DNA of 64,000 nt, taken from Polyangiaceae bacterium (GTDB taxonomy: Bacteria; Myxococcota_A; Polyangia; Polyangiales; Polyangiaceae). Both the position numbers and the translations under genes were made by a program. Below the pieces are notes generated by a model that worked only from the letters and a program-made list of their open reading frames with translations, searched no databases and was not told the DNA's origin. The stretch is from positions 224,001-288,000 of the forward strand of contig JANRKO010000023.1 in NCBI GenBank assembly GCA_033763455.1, written 5' to 3'. Shown here in pieces: positions 18,168 to 28,500 of this stretch (position 1 is its first letter; each line of letters starts with the position of its first letter).

Positions 18168-20135
18168 TTACTTCATGGACGGCTCGGCCAAAGCTAGCTG
18201 CACAACCTTTTCGAATGCCGCAAGTGACTGAGCGCCTCCCACCACGTAGCCGTTCACTACGGAAGTTGGAGTGCCTCGGATATTCAAGGCTTCCGCAGCG
18301 TCAGAGTCTTCATAGATCACGGCGCGGTGGCGTCGATCATCCAGAGCTTGCTGAAAGCGCTTAATATTGAGCCCAAGCTTTGCGGCGTATTCCTCCAGGT
18401 GGGCGCGGCCAAGCTTAGTGCGATCTTGGAACAACAATTCCTCCATCTTCCAGAAACCGACGTCTCCGCGCTGAGCGAATGCCTCGAGAGCCGCCTCCGC
18501 GGCGAGCGGTGCATCTGGGTGGAACGGCAACGGCAGGTTTCTCCAAACGATTCGGATCTGACCCGGATGTAGCTTCTCCAAGGCCTGCAGTGTCCCGCGA
18601 ACCCGCTCACAGAATGGGCACTGAAAGTCGCTAAAAATGTCAATCGTGACCTTCGCCCGGGGCGAGCCTCGTGCAGGCCGAGCTGCCTTGGTGGGTGCGA
18701 GCTTCACGCGTTTAGGCTCCGGCGCTGAAGCCACCTGCGCCGTCTTCAAGACCTCCTCATACAACGCCTCCGCCTTCACGCCCTTAGCTATCAGCGCTTT
18801 AGCCTCAGCTAAGCGCTCGTCAATGATGGCCACAAAACTCGCCGCGGGTTGGGCCCCCATCAAGCGTCGACCATTAATAAAAAACTGCGGAGTGCCCTCG
18901 ACCTCAAGATCAGCGGCCAACATTTGGTCTTTCAAGAGCAAACGATCAAGCTCCGCCGATGCGCGCTGCTTGGCATCTTTGAGAACGCTGCCTGGCAAAC
19001 CGAGCTCCTTGGCAATCGCCGCATAGCGCTCTTCACCGAGCTCAGTTTGCTTCTCAAACAACCGATGCGCTACCTGCCAGAATTTCTCATTGCCTTGAGT
19101 CACGAACACGCGCGCTGCAAAACGGGCAGCTGGGGTGGCTTCTTGATGAAATGGCAGCGGAGTGTGCTTGAACACCACACGCAAATCATCGCCATATTGC
19201 TTCTTCACTTCCGCTAGCGTCTGTTCGGCGCGCGCACAAAATGGGCACTGAAAATCCGTGAACATCACTAGGGTGACAGGTGCAGTTGCCGGACCTTCCA
19301 CGGGGGAACCATCGATGGGCACTCGATAAACGGTCAGATCGGGACCGGGATCTTCATCCTCTGGCAGGACTTTGGCAGCGTCAGCCTTAGCCTCAGCGTC
19401 TAGGTTCTTTTGCGTCCGCGCGCGGTAAATGGCGTTGGCATCTCCAAGCGGTTTAGGAAGCGCTCCAATTTCAGCGAGCTCCCGATCAATGATTTCTGAA
19501 AATGCTGAAAGCGGCTGCGCACCCACAAGACGGCGACCATTGATTAGGAAAGCTGGAGTTCCAGAAAGGCCCACGTGTTCGGCCACCGCGGCGTCCCCCA
19601 CCACCTTGGCGCCGTACTCCGGGGCATTTTGCGCAGCCTCCGCCTCTTGTTGCGCCATGCCGAGCTCTTCTGCCCAGGCTTTGAGATTCTCTGGAGAAAG
19701 ATTCTGATTCTCAGTGTAAAGCTTCGCGGAGTAGCGCTCGAACGCGGATGTGCCGAGCCGCTCGTAAACGGCCTGCGCCATCGCAGCCGCATCGTGGGCG
19801 TGCTCATGAAATGGCAGAGGGAGGTTCTTGATCACCCACCGAACCGTGTTCGGATAGCGCTCCTTTACCTCCGAGAGCGTGGGCTGCACGCGCGCACAAA
19901 ACGGACATTGGTAATCCGAAAAGACCACGATCGTAATCGGCGCATCCGGATTTCCCAAGATTGGGTCCCGCTTTCCGATCGGCACCAGAGCATCCGGCAC
20001 CGCGTAACTCAGAGGCTTTTTGGCGATTTTCGCCTGAGCAACACTTGGCGGCGGAACACTCGCGGCTGGCGCGGTCGGCGCACAACCAAAACAGAAAGCC
20101 AGACCAAGCACGAACCAAAGTGAGCGAAGCAACAT
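18168..20135 (-). CDS. Lipoprotein with three tandem DsbA/thioredoxin-like domains
   Basis: Three (S/T)D(Y/F)QCPFC, LPFH and GTP motif sets; lipobox CFGC. Confidence 0.88.
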   Translation of the reverse strand: MLLRSLWFVLGLAFCFGCAPTAPAASVPPPSVAQAKIAKKPLSYAVPDALVPIGKRDPILGNPDAPITIVVFSDYQCPFCARVQPTLSEVKERYPNTVRWVIKNLPLPFHEHAHDAAAMAQAVYERLGTSAFERYSAKLYTENQNLSPENLKAWAEELGMAQQEAEAAQNAPEYGAKVVGDAAVAEHVGLSGTPAFLINGRRLVGAQPLSAFSEIIDRELAEIGALPKPLGDANAIYRARTQKNLDAEAKADAAKVLPEDEDPGPDLTVYRVPIDGSPVEGPATAPVTLVMFTDFQCPFCARAEQTLAEVKKQYGDDLRVVFKHTPLPFHQEATPAARFAARVFVTQGNEKFWQVAHRLFEKQTELGEERYAAIAKELGLPGSVLKDAKQRASAELDRLLLKDQMLAADLEVEGTPQFFINGRRLMGAQPAASFVAIIDERLAEAKALIAKGVKAEALYEEVLKTAQVASAPEPKRVKLAPTKAARPARGSPRAKVTIDIFSDFQCPFCERVRGTLQALEKLHPGQIRIVWRNLPLPFHPDAPLAAEAALEAFAQRGDVGFWKMEELLFQDRTKLGRAHLEEYAAKLGLNIKRFQQALDDRRHRAVIYEDSDAAEALNIRGTPTSVVNGYVVGGAQSLAAFEKVVQLALAEPSMK

Positions 20136-20274
20136 TAAGGAGACGCTAGTCCGCCAAGCTTCAGAGGCCAATCTTTCGTTCAAGGGAACGCACAACTGGC
20201 CAGGCTATCCGATCGGACAGCGACGGCCACGGCTTGCCCTCCCCCAATTGACGTATTTTGCGGACGAATGCTTC

Positions 20275-20290
20275 AGGCACGGCGTTCGCA
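20275..20290 (+). promoter_or_regulatory. Possible sigma54 (-24/-12) promoter for comM-recA
   Basis: AGGCACGGCGTTCGCA: GG-N10-GC with a GGCAC core. Confidence 0.45.
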
Positions 20291-20302
20291 ACGGCTTGGG
20301 CC

Positions 20303-21886
20303 ATGAACATGAGCCGCCATGAACCCGCCGCCACTATCAGTGGGCCACCCCTCGGCCTCGGGAACGCTCACACCAGCGTGTTGGTCGGGTTGGAGGCTCA
20401 CCCGATCTCTGTGGAGGTGTGTTGCACTCGCGGCCCATCGCTGTTTCAGATGGTGGGCCTCCCCGAGGCCGCCGTCCGCGAAGCAAGAGTACGTGTTGCT
20501 AGTGCACTCGCCGGCATCGGCGTATTGCTAGATGAGTACGCCATTACCGTTAATCTGGCGCCCGCAGATCTGCGCAAAAGCGGAGCGGCGCTAGATCTAC
20601 CGCTTGCGATTGCCGTCCTCACCGCTGTACACGCGCTACCTGAGGGCGCGCTTGCAGAGTGCTTGCTCCTCGGTGAGCTTGGCCTGGATGGAGAGTTACG
20701 TGCGGTCCGCGGAGTACTGCCTCAGGTAGATGCTGCTCGAATGCGAGGGCTCACGCAAGCAATCGTGCCCTCGCCGAATGCCAAGGAAGCAGGGCAGGTT
20801 CTTGGCATCGACATTCGTGCCGCACGGTCGCTGCGAGAGGTTGTGGATTTTTGCCTCGAAAAGCGTCAACTTCCTGCGGCCCCGCGCGCCGAGTTTAGCC
20901 CCGAAGATCCCGAGTCTGCTTACGGCGACCTCGCTGATGTCCGCGGCCAAGCGGGCGCTAAACGTGGCCTCGAAATCGCGGCTGCCGGCGGGCACAACCT
21001 TTTGATGATGGGGCCACCTGGCTCGGGGAAAACACTGCTGGCGCGGCTGCTGCCAACGCTTTCCCCTCCGCTCACCCTCGACGAAGCGCTGGATATCACC
21101 AAGATCCATAGCGTTGCCGGCCTTTTGGAAAGTGAGCAAGGCATCGTCCGAAAGCGCCCATTTCGTGCGCCCCACCATTCGGTGAGTGAAGCAGGCTTAG
21201 TCGGAGGCGGAGAGGTGCCACGCCCAGGTGAAGTGACCTTGGCACACCGCGGTGTGCTGTTCTTGGATGAGCTCACCGAGTTCCGGCGTTCGGCCCTTGA
21301 AGCCTTACGACTCCCCTTAGAAGACGGTGTGGTCTGCATCGCTCGGGCTCGCGCGCGTGCTTGGTTTCCTTGCCGCCCGGTCGTCGTGGGCGCGACGAAC
21401 CCCTGTAATTGCGGGTATTTGGGCCATCCCAAACGCACGTGTCGCTGCAGCACCAAACATATCCTTGCCTATCGTGCGCGCCTCTCGGGGCCAATCGTAG
21501 ATCGCCTCGATGTGCACCTGTCGGTGCCTCCAGTCGACGTCCGCGCGCTCACATCGAGAGCAACGGGGGAATCCTCCCGCACTGTGCGAGAACGCGTCAT
21601 CTTGGCCAAAGAACGACAACACAAGCGTGCACACTTCCACCAACTCCCAAGCAGTACCAACGCACACCTTTCGCTCCAGGAGCTCGAAGTCGTGGCGCCC
21701 TTGGACAACGAAAGCCGAAGGTTGATCGAATGCGCGATGACGGAGCTTAGCTTAAGCGCACGGGCGTACGTAAAAGTACTCCGAGTTGCGCGCACCATCG
21801 CAGATCTCGAAGGTGAGGAGCACGTGCGCGCTCCACACCTCGCAGAAGCCATCCAGGGCAGGCTCCTGGATCATCGCCAGTTCTAA
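20303..21886 (+). CDS. comM: YifB/ComM Mg-chelatase-like AAA+ ATPase
   Basis: VGLPEAAVREARVRV, ITVNLAPADLRKSG, GPPGSGKT, RPFRAPHHS, PGEVTLAHRGVLFLDE, VARTIADL. Confidence 0.92.
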   Translation: MNMSRHEPAATISGPPLGLGNAHTSVLVGLEAHPISVEVCCTRGPSLFQMVGLPEAAVREARVRVASALAGIGVLLDEYAITVNLAPADLRKSGAALDLPLAIAVLTAVHALPEGALAECLLLGELGLDGELRAVRGVLPQVDAARMRGLTQAIVPSPNAKEAGQVLGIDIRAARSLREVVDFCLEKRQLPAAPRAEFSPEDPESAYGDLADVRGQAGAKRGLEIAAAGGHNLLMMGPPGSGKTLLARLLPTLSPPLTLDEALDITKIHSVAGLLESEQGIVRKRPFRAPHHSVSEAGLVGGGEVPRPGEVTLAHRGVLFLDELTEFRRSALEALRLPLEDGVVCIARARARAWFPCRPVVVGATNPCNCGYLGHPKRTCRCSTKHILAYRARLSGPIVDRLDVHLSVPPVDVRALTSRATGESSRTVRERVILAKERQHKRAHFHQLPSSTNAHLSLQELEVVAPLDNESRRLIECAMTELSLSARAYVKVLRVARTIADLEGEEHVRAPHLAEAIQGRLLDHRQF

Positions 21887-21949
21887 CTTCGCGGCTAAGC
21901 GCGAAGGCAGAGAAAAGCAGCAACAAGCAGAGAAACAGGTACGAAAGCC

Positions 21950-23029
21950 ATGAAAAACACAAAAGAACCCAATCCCAAAAGCAGCGAAATCGCATCAATC
22001 ATTGGCGACATCGAGAAGAACTTCGGCAAAGGCGCCATCATGCAACTCGGAGCCGAAAGCACCGAACCCATCGAGACGTTCAGCACAGGGGCCCTTTCGC
22101 TCGACGAAGCGCTCGGTGTCGGCGGCTATCCGCGCGGCCGCATCATCGAGATCTATGGGCCAGAATCGAGCGGCAAAACCACACTCACCCTCCACGCGCT
22201 CGCGCAAGCGCAGGCTAAAGGATGCACTGCTGCTTTCATCGATGCCGAACACGCGTTCGACGTACGCTATGCCAAAGCGCTCGGGGTGAATTTGGAGTCC
22301 CTGCTCATCTCTCAGCCAGATTGTGGAGAGCAGGCGCTCGACATCGTGGAAGCATTGACCCGTTCGGAGGCCATCGATCTTGTTGTTGTTGATTCGGTCG
22401 CCGCCCTGGTGCCACGAGCTGAACTTGAGGGGGACATGGGCGACAGCCACATGGGGCTCCATGCGCGCCTGATGAGCCAGGCGTTGAGAAAGCTGGCTTC
22501 CCTGGCACACAAGACCAACACCACGTTAATCTTCATCAACCAACTCCGCCAGAAGATCGGGGTTACCTTTGGTAGCCCAGAAACCACCACCGGAGGCAAT
22601 GCACTGAAATTCTACGCCAGCGTGCGGCTTGATGTTCGGCGGATCGGCAAGGTTACTGTAGGGGAAGTCGCTATTGGCAACCGCACCCGAGTGAAGGTGG
22701 TGAAAAATAAGTGCGCTCCGCCATTCGCCGAGGCCGAGTTCGATATCCGCTGGGGTACGGGCATCGATCGTGATGCAGATCTTGTGGAGCTCGCCTGCGA
22801 GCGCGGAGTCTTCGAGAAACATGGCGCCCACCTCAGCTTTGCTGGCAAGAGCCTGGGGCAAGGCAGGGATAAGACGCGCGACACTGTTTTGGCGGATCCC
22901 GCGCTCCGGCAGGCGGTGACTCAAGCAGTGTTTTCAACGTTGAAGTGCAAGGCAACAACTCCAACAAGCTCCGCGCCAACTGCCAAGGCGACCCCCTCAA
23001 GCGAAGCTAAGGAGCGTAAAGCTGCGTAG
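21950..23029 (+). CDS. recA: Recombinase RecA
   Basis: [58 protein letters not shown]. Confidence 0.98.
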   Translation: MKNTKEPNPKSSEIASIIGDIEKNFGKGAIMQLGAESTEPIETFSTGALSLDEALGVGGYPRGRIIEIYGPESSGKTTLTLHALAQAQAKGCTAAFIDAEHAFDVRYAKALGVNLESLLISQPDCGEQALDIVEALTRSEAIDLVVVDSVAALVPRAELEGDMGDSHMGLHARLMSQALRKLASLAHKTNTTLIFINQLRQKIGVTFGSPETTTGGNALKFYASVRLDVRRIGKVTVGEVAIGNRTRVKVVKNKCAPPFAEAEFDIRWGTGIDRDADLVELACERGVFEKHGAHLSFAGKSLGQGRDKTRDTVLADPALRQAVTQAVFSTLKCKATTPTSSAPTAKATPSSEAKERKAA

Positions 23030-23062
23030 CATCCCCGCCGTTCGCGCGCGCCTCCTGCACAC

Positions 23063-23119
23063 GAGCCGCCCGGTGAGCTCTTCCTACTTCGAAATGAACG
23101 GTAGGCTCACCGGGGGCTC
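23063..23119. terminator. Long hairpin between convergent recA and hsp20
   Basis: GAGCC(G)CCCGGTGAGC ... GCTCACCGGGGGCTC, with inner CTAC/GTAG pairing. Confidence 0.6.
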
Positions 23120-23123
23120 TACA

Positions 23124-23585
23124 TTAGCCCGTGGACACGTTGATGCGCTTGGGCTGCCGCTCTGGCCGCTTGGGCAGCGTGAGGGTCAGGACGCCGTCCT
23201 TAAGCTCCGCGGTTACCGCGTCGCCATTTACGCCATCACCGAGCACGAAGGTTCGGGTAAAGGTGCCGAAGCTACGCTCAAACGTGTGGTAAGTTTCAGT
23301 ATTCTGAACCGTCTCAGATTCACGTTTTCCGCTCACCACTAGTCGATCGTTCTCTAGCTTCAGATCCAGATCCGCCTCCTTCACACCGGGCAAATCTGCT
23401 CGAATTAGGAACGCTTCTTTGGTTTCCTTTACTTCAAACGGAGGAGCAAACGAGCTTTCGCGAGCGACCCTCGCGGTCTGCGTGTCGCCCCAAGGATCCC
23501 AGCTTAGAAATTGGCTGAGGGACTGCAAGGGGTGGGTGTAGTGGCGCTGGGTTTCGGGGGTTCGGTGCAAACTAATTGTGGCCAT
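23124..23585 (-). CDS. Hsp20/alpha-crystallin small heat shock protein
   Basis: ADLPGV, LVVSGKR, ERSFGTFTRTF, AELKDGVLTLTLPK; AAGGAGG SD upstream. Confidence 0.93.
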   Translation of the reverse strand: MATISLHRTPETQRHYTHPLQSLSQFLSWDPWGDTQTARVARESSFAPPFEVKETKEAFLIRADLPGVKEADLDLKLENDRLVVSGKRESETVQNTETYHTFERSFGTFTRTFVLGDGVNGDAVTAELKDGVLTLTLPKRPERQPKRINVSTG

Positions 23586-23843
23586 GACGCGGCCTCCTTT
23601 CGTAAGGCTGAGACAACGGAGGGCCACGTAGTTGCACGCTGCAACCCAGAGCCACTCCTACCTGAAACGCGGCGTTCTACGGGGAAGCGCTCGCGTCTGG
23701 GCAGGAAGGTAAGTCGCACCGGACCCCGGTCAAGGGGTGCCCACCCTAGGGACCCTACTTACTTCGTGGGGCGCTAAGGGGCCCACCTAGGTAGGCCTCC
23801 ACTACAAGCCCCTCCCCTACGAGTTCCGAGGAAGCCAGCGCGC

Positions 23844-25223
23844 CTACACCAGGCCCGAAAGGGGCCCCGTGCACCAATCGGCTTTTCCGAAACTGCTGTC
23901 CGGAATGCCCATCGCATTGACGAGGGAGAGCAGCAAATTGTTATGAGGCACGTTACCCGAGAATTGCATGTACCTATTCGTCTTGAGGTTGCCACCCGCG
24001 CCACCAGCCAATACGTAGGCGGCGTCCGTGCGGGAATGCGCGTTGCCTTTGGCCAATTCATTGCACCAAAGCACCAGGCTGTTGTCGAGCATCGTTCCTG
24101 TCCCTTCGGGAACCTTCGCCAGAAGGTCCAGGAAATAGGCGAACTGCTCTGCGTACCAGATATTAATCAGCGTCAGCTTCTCGACGGTGTCGGCAACATC
24201 ATCCCCATCGTGCGACATATCGTGGTGGCCACGCGTGATACCGGCGTTCAACCAGCTAAAGGTGGCGCCACCTACGGACCGATTGAACATCAAGCTCGCG
24301 ACGCGCGTTTGGTCGCATATCAGCGCCATCGCGGCGAGATCCATTTGCAGCTTGCCCACAACGGGGAAGTTCTCGTTCTTCTTCACGTCCAGGGGAGTAC
24401 CCAGGCTGGGCACCGCACAGGAAGCCGTCGCGCTTGAGCTAGTGGCCGCGGGGACATTCAGTCGACTTTCGATATCGCGGATGGCCGTTAGATGTGCGTC
24501 GAGCTTCTCGCGATCCGCCTGCCCCAACCTCTTATTCAGCGAAATGTAGTCTTCCATGGCGGCGCCCAGAACCTCCTTACGCCGCTGAACTAGCAATTGG
24601 TCGGCCGCCGTGGGCCCAGTGCCACTGGGTGTGAAACCAGTAAAAATGCGGTCAAATGCCACATATGGGCTCTGCTCCGGAGGAACCGGCTGATCGGGCG
24701 CCGCGTAGCTCATCCGATTCCAGTTATCCCCATTGCTGCCTGACTGCACCGATAGCTCAAGGGAACGAAACTTGGTTTGCGTGCCGATAACCTGAGCAAT
24801 GTGCTGATCGACGCTGATTCCGTTGGCCCAGCCCGCAGTTCCTCCGTCACCGCCCATGAAGGGACCGGCGTTGAGCATTTCTCCAGTCAACATGCCACCC
24901 ATGCCGTTCTGGTGCCCATCCCCGCCGCCACCTTGCTGGTCAACGCCTTGAATCACGTTAAGCTGCGCTTTGTGGCGCTCGAGGGGTTTTAGAATTCTCG
25001 ATAACGTCCAATCATTGAGCCCTCCCGTGGGGGCCCAAGCGCTCGGGATCGTCCCATTCGGGCTGAAGAACACGAAGAAACGTAGCGGAGCCCCGCTCGC
25101 GGAGTATCCGGGCTTGGCCTGGGCCGAGGCCCGCTCCACGCGGCCCATGATGTCGAGGAATGGCAGTGAAATGGCGACGCCGCCTGCTCCACGCAGAACT
25201 GTTCTTCGGCTGAGAGCCTTCAC
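23844..25223 (-). CDS. DUF1552 family protein (Tat-like signal)
   Basis: LSRRTVLRGAGGVAISLPFLD, SVDQHIA, CDQTRV, HHDMSH, TMLDNS. Confidence 0.85.
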   Translation of the reverse strand: MKALSRRTVLRGAGGVAISLPFLDIMGRVERASAQAKPGYSASGAPLRFFVFFSPNGTIPSAWAPTGGLNDWTLSRILKPLERHKAQLNVIQGVDQQGGGGDGHQNGMGGMLTGEMLNAGPFMGGDGGTAGWANGISVDQHIAQVIGTQTKFRSLELSVQSGSNGDNWNRMSYAAPDQPVPPEQSPYVAFDRIFTGFTPSGTGPTAADQLLVQRRKEVLGAAMEDYISLNKRLGQADREKLDAHLTAIRDIESRLNVPAATSSSATASCAVPSLGTPLDVKKNENFPVVGKLQMDLAAMALICDQTRVASLMFNRSVGGATFSWLNAGITRGHHDMSHDGDDVADTVEKLTLINIWYAEQFAYFLDLLAKVPEGTGTMLDNSLVLWCNELAKGNAHSRTDAAYVLAGGAGGNLKTNRYMQFSGNVPHNNLLLSLVNAMGIPDSSFGKADWCTGPLSGLV

Positions 25224-26953
25224 GGTGTCACCGCCTTTCGGTACAGGAACGCATCTGTTTTGGTGAACGCCAACAGCAAAGACTGCATACGATTATTGTC
25301 TGCCTTCATCGCGCTCTTCAGTTGAGCCACCGAGCAGGCGTCTTCGGGTGTTTCGCTTCGGCCAAACGCATAACGAAACCACTCCGTGGCCACGCAATCA
25401 TTTACTGCTGCGCTCTGCGCGAGCTTTGCGCCAAGCTCTACCGTACCATCGAACGTGCCATCAACGTCGGTAGCCTTGAGTTCTCCCGCCCCGGAAACTA
25501 CTTTACCGTTCTCCATGTCGCGGTAGCGCCCGACAGGATCCCAGTGCTCAAAGCCGAGCCCAATTGGGTCCATGAGTCCGTGGCAACCTGAGCACGCCGC
25601 ATCGGCTGAATGTTGGGTGAAACGCTCCCGGGTGGAAAGCTTTGGATCAAGCTCAGGAGGCGTGATCACCAAGTTGGCAGGCGGTGGCGGCAGAAGCTGG
25701 CAAAGGAATTGTTCGCGCACAAACTTGCCGCGATGCACGGGTGAGGTCTGAAGCGGCTTGGCTTGCACCGCGAGGATGCTCCCTTGTGAAAGAAGACCAG
25801 CGCGCTTAACGCCATCGGTGGTCACCTTAGCAAAAGTGGCCTGGCCCGAGTCAGCAACACCGTAGAACTTTGCCAGATCACTGTTCAAGAACGTGTACGG
25901 AGCGGTGAGGAGTGCGCCCACGGTGCCTTCACCATCCCAAAAAACGTGATCCACAAAACCCCGAGTTTCGCTCAGGAACATTGCCGGCACAGTGGTCGTG
26001 TAACCCGCGTAAACCTTTGGGTCTCGTTCTATCGCCGCCACGGGCCCAAGCCCGAGCCATTGGTCATGAAAATCCGCCACTGTTCCGCGCGTGCGCGCAT
26101 CGCTCAGCAAACGCGCGGCTTCGGTGGCCAGCCCCGCGGGTGTGTTCAGGCTACCCATTTGCGCGGCCGTTCTCAGCGCTGCATCTGGCATACTGCCCAC
26201 GAACAAATACGAAAGCCTGCTAGCGAGCTCCCAACTGCTCAGCTTTACGGTGCCCGCAACCGGCGTCCCTTCACCAAACTCCGCTCGATACAGGAAGCTC
26301 GCGGACTGGAGCATGGCTTCAATCACCATCTCGATGCCTGCGCGAAAGTCCTGATTCAGCTTGCCCCACTGGTAGGTCTTTGCAAAACGTGTCTGTTCCT
26401 CAGCGGTAATCGGCCGACGAAACGCACGCTCACCAAAATCGGCGATAAACTTCGCTGCACAACCATCCTGATCCGCGGCCGGATCGCACGGCAAAAGCTT
26501 CGCCATGTCGGCCGTGGCGGTAAGCGCCAACTTCTCGGCGGCGGACATATACTGCTCTACTAACAACGTGGACGTAGTGAGAGCCACGGCGTTATTGTTG
26601 AAACCTAGAGCCGTCTCCTCCGCGACAAAGCCGAGCGCCGGAGCTGTGGCGTCATTCAGGAGCTCTTTAACCGTCCCGTTGTATTCGCGGCGTGTCAGGC
26701 GCCGAATCGGAGACGGACCGGGGAACTTAGCGGCCCCACAGTCTGCTGCGGTGGGTGCCACAACGGTGGGCAGCATGCCTCCGGCTCCCGGGGTCGAGCT
26801 CGTGCTGGTGGGCGAACTTCCGGGCAAATTCTCGGAACCATTGGCTCCGAGCGGCGTTTTTGAACCGGTGGGCCCAACTTGGGCCTCGCATCCGTAGGCG
26901 AGGACACTGCCTAGCAGAGCGAGCGCACTGAAGAGTTTCTGGTGTGGATCCAT
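25220..26953 (-). CDS. DUF1592/DUF1588/DUF1595 (PSD-type) lipoprotein with CxxCH
   Basis: IRRLTRREYNGTV, RAFRRP, ELASRLSY, TSPVHRG, CSGCHGLMDPIG. Confidence 0.85.
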   Translation of the reverse strand: MDPHQKLFSALALLGSVLAYGCEAQVGPTGSKTPLGANGSENLPGSSPTSTSSTPGAGGMLPTVVAPTAADCGAAKFPGPSPIRRLTRREYNGTVKELLNDATAPALGFVAEETALGFNNNAVALTTSTLLVEQYMSAAEKLALTATADMAKLLPCDPAADQDGCAAKFIADFGERAFRRPITAEEQTRFAKTYQWGKLNQDFRAGIEMVIEAMLQSASFLYRAEFGEGTPVAGTVKLSSWELASRLSYLFVGSMPDAALRTAAQMGSLNTPAGLATEAARLLSDARTRGTVADFHDQWLGLGPVAAIERDPKVYAGYTTTVPAMFLSETRGFVDHVFWDGEGTVGALLTAPYTFLNSDLAKFYGVADSGQATFAKVTTDGVKRAGLLSQGSILAVQAKPLQTSPVHRGKFVREQFLCQLLPPPPANLVITPPELDPKLSTRERFTQHSADAACSGCHGLMDPIGLGFEHWDPVGRYRDMENGKVVSGAGELKATDVDGTFDGTVELGAKLAQSAAVNDCVATEWFRYAFGRSETPEDACSVAQLKSAMKADNNRMQSLLLAFTKTDAFLYRKAVTP

Positions 26954-27169
26954 CGGGGCTCCTGAGGAACGGCGGGGGCGGCCGTTACGGGACGCGAGTA
27001 TACCGGCCGAGCCATCGGTTGGAGCAAAGGACTGGTACCCAGTCGTATCAATTTCGCACTTATGTGGGAGTTGTTGGCGCCAGGGCGAAAAATTCCGGCC
27101 CGGACCGCTAATGTAGCTACCTTCGCATACGTTAGCTCACTCCTCTTTCCCCCGGGCTCGCTCCCGCGA

Positions 27170-28441
27170 TCACACCTGGACCGGTGGACGGAGGAGAGCC
27201 GCAACCTCGACGTGGTGGGTTTGAGGGAACATCTCGAACCCACGCATCCCGGTTAACGTCCATCCCGCGCGGGACAACACACGAACATCTCTCGCGAGCG
27301 TTTCCGGGCAGCACGACACGAGGATTATCGCCTTGGTCGCGCAGCGTGCCGCAAGGCCCACGTGCGCCCCAAAGCCAGCCCTTGGAGCGTCCACAAGGAT
27401 GAGATCAGTCAGCTCGCCCTGCTTCGTTTCAAGCCAGGAGCCAGCATCCGCCGCAATGAATTGACCACACAAGCCCTGCTCATTGCTTGCGCGGGTTGCA
27501 GCCTCCACGGCGAAGGCATCAAGCTCCACGCCCAGCCCCGTGAGGCCTCCCTTTAGCAATGGAAGGGAAAAATTACCGACCCCGCAAAACAGATCCCAAA
27601 AGCTGCGCGCGCCGCTCGCTAACGCCTGTTCCGTCACCCATTGAACAAGGCGCGCGTTCATGGCGAAATTAACTTGAACGAAACTCCCAAGTGGCGCGTA
27701 AACAAAAAGGTCCTGGCTCAGGGGAAACCGCTGCACACTCTGGGTCGGCGTGCCCGCAACCTGCACGCAAACTCCTTCAAACAGAACTTTCAAAGATTCA
27801 CCATCGTGCAGCGAGCCCGGCCCCGCCCCCATCGGCACCACATACATGCCCAACCGCCCATCGAGATCGCAGGCTCGCAACTCTATGAATCGAACACCTT
27901 TCCACGCATCTAGCGGCCGCTTTAGCAGAGGCTTGAGAGCCGCCCTAAGCGACGGCTCCAGCACCGCACAACCCTCACTCTTGTGGCCGTTGAAAAACGT
28001 TAACTCGGAGCGCTCATTAACACGGAGCCGGATGCGGTTGCGATAGCCCAGCTCCGGCCCTGCTTCTAGCTCAACAGGTACCTCGGGGAGCGACTGAGCG
28101 CAGAACGCATGCCGGATTCGATCGAGCAAGACCGCACGCTGGGACATTGGGTCGAGGCTCATCAAGGTGCAGCCGCCACAGGCTTCTTGGACAACACACG
28201 GCGCGACGCGGCGGCCTTCGGCACCCTTCTCAAGTGTCCACGTCCTGAGTTTTCGACCCTGGGCCGGCAACGTTACTGAGAGTTTGTCCCCAGGAACTGG
28301 GCCTTTGGCGACGAACCAATCCTCACCCACCCGAACCCGCGCATGGCCCCGTGCGTCCAAAGAGACCACGGTTCCAGGGCGAGTGAGCTTCGCTCCTTCA
28401 GGGGACATTTCGCCCGCCTGGGTACCACGATTGTTGGCCAT
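27170..28441 (-). CDS. RlmD/TrmA-family RNA m5U methyltransferase
   Basis: CVVQEACGGC, YRNR, SFVQVN, DLFCGVGNF, SCCPETLARD, MFPQTHHVE; start uncertain (28408 or 28441). Confidence 0.85.
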   Translation of the reverse strand: MANNRGTQAGEMSPEGAKLTRPGTVVSLDARGHARVRVGEDWFVAKGPVPGDKLSVTLPAQGRKLRTWTLEKGAEGRRVAPCVVQEACGGCTLMSLDPMSQRAVLLDRIRHAFCAQSLPEVPVELEAGPELGYRNRIRLRVNERSELTFFNGHKSEGCAVLEPSLRAALKPLLKRPLDAWKGVRFIELRACDLDGRLGMYVVPMGAGPGSLHDGESLKVLFEGVCVQVAGTPTQSVQRFPLSQDLFVYAPLGSFVQVNFAMNARLVQWVTEQALASGARSFWDLFCGVGNFSLPLLKGGLTGLGVELDAFAVEAATRASNEQGLCGQFIAADAGSWLETKQGELTDLILVDAPRAGFGAHVGLAARCATKAIILVSCCPETLARDVRVLSRAGWTLTGMRGFEMFPQTHHVEVAALLRPPVQV

Positions 28442-28500
28442 GGCCTGCGGGGTTCCGCAAAAGATTTTTCGATCTTGAGGGACAAAGCTAGGGTGCCAGG

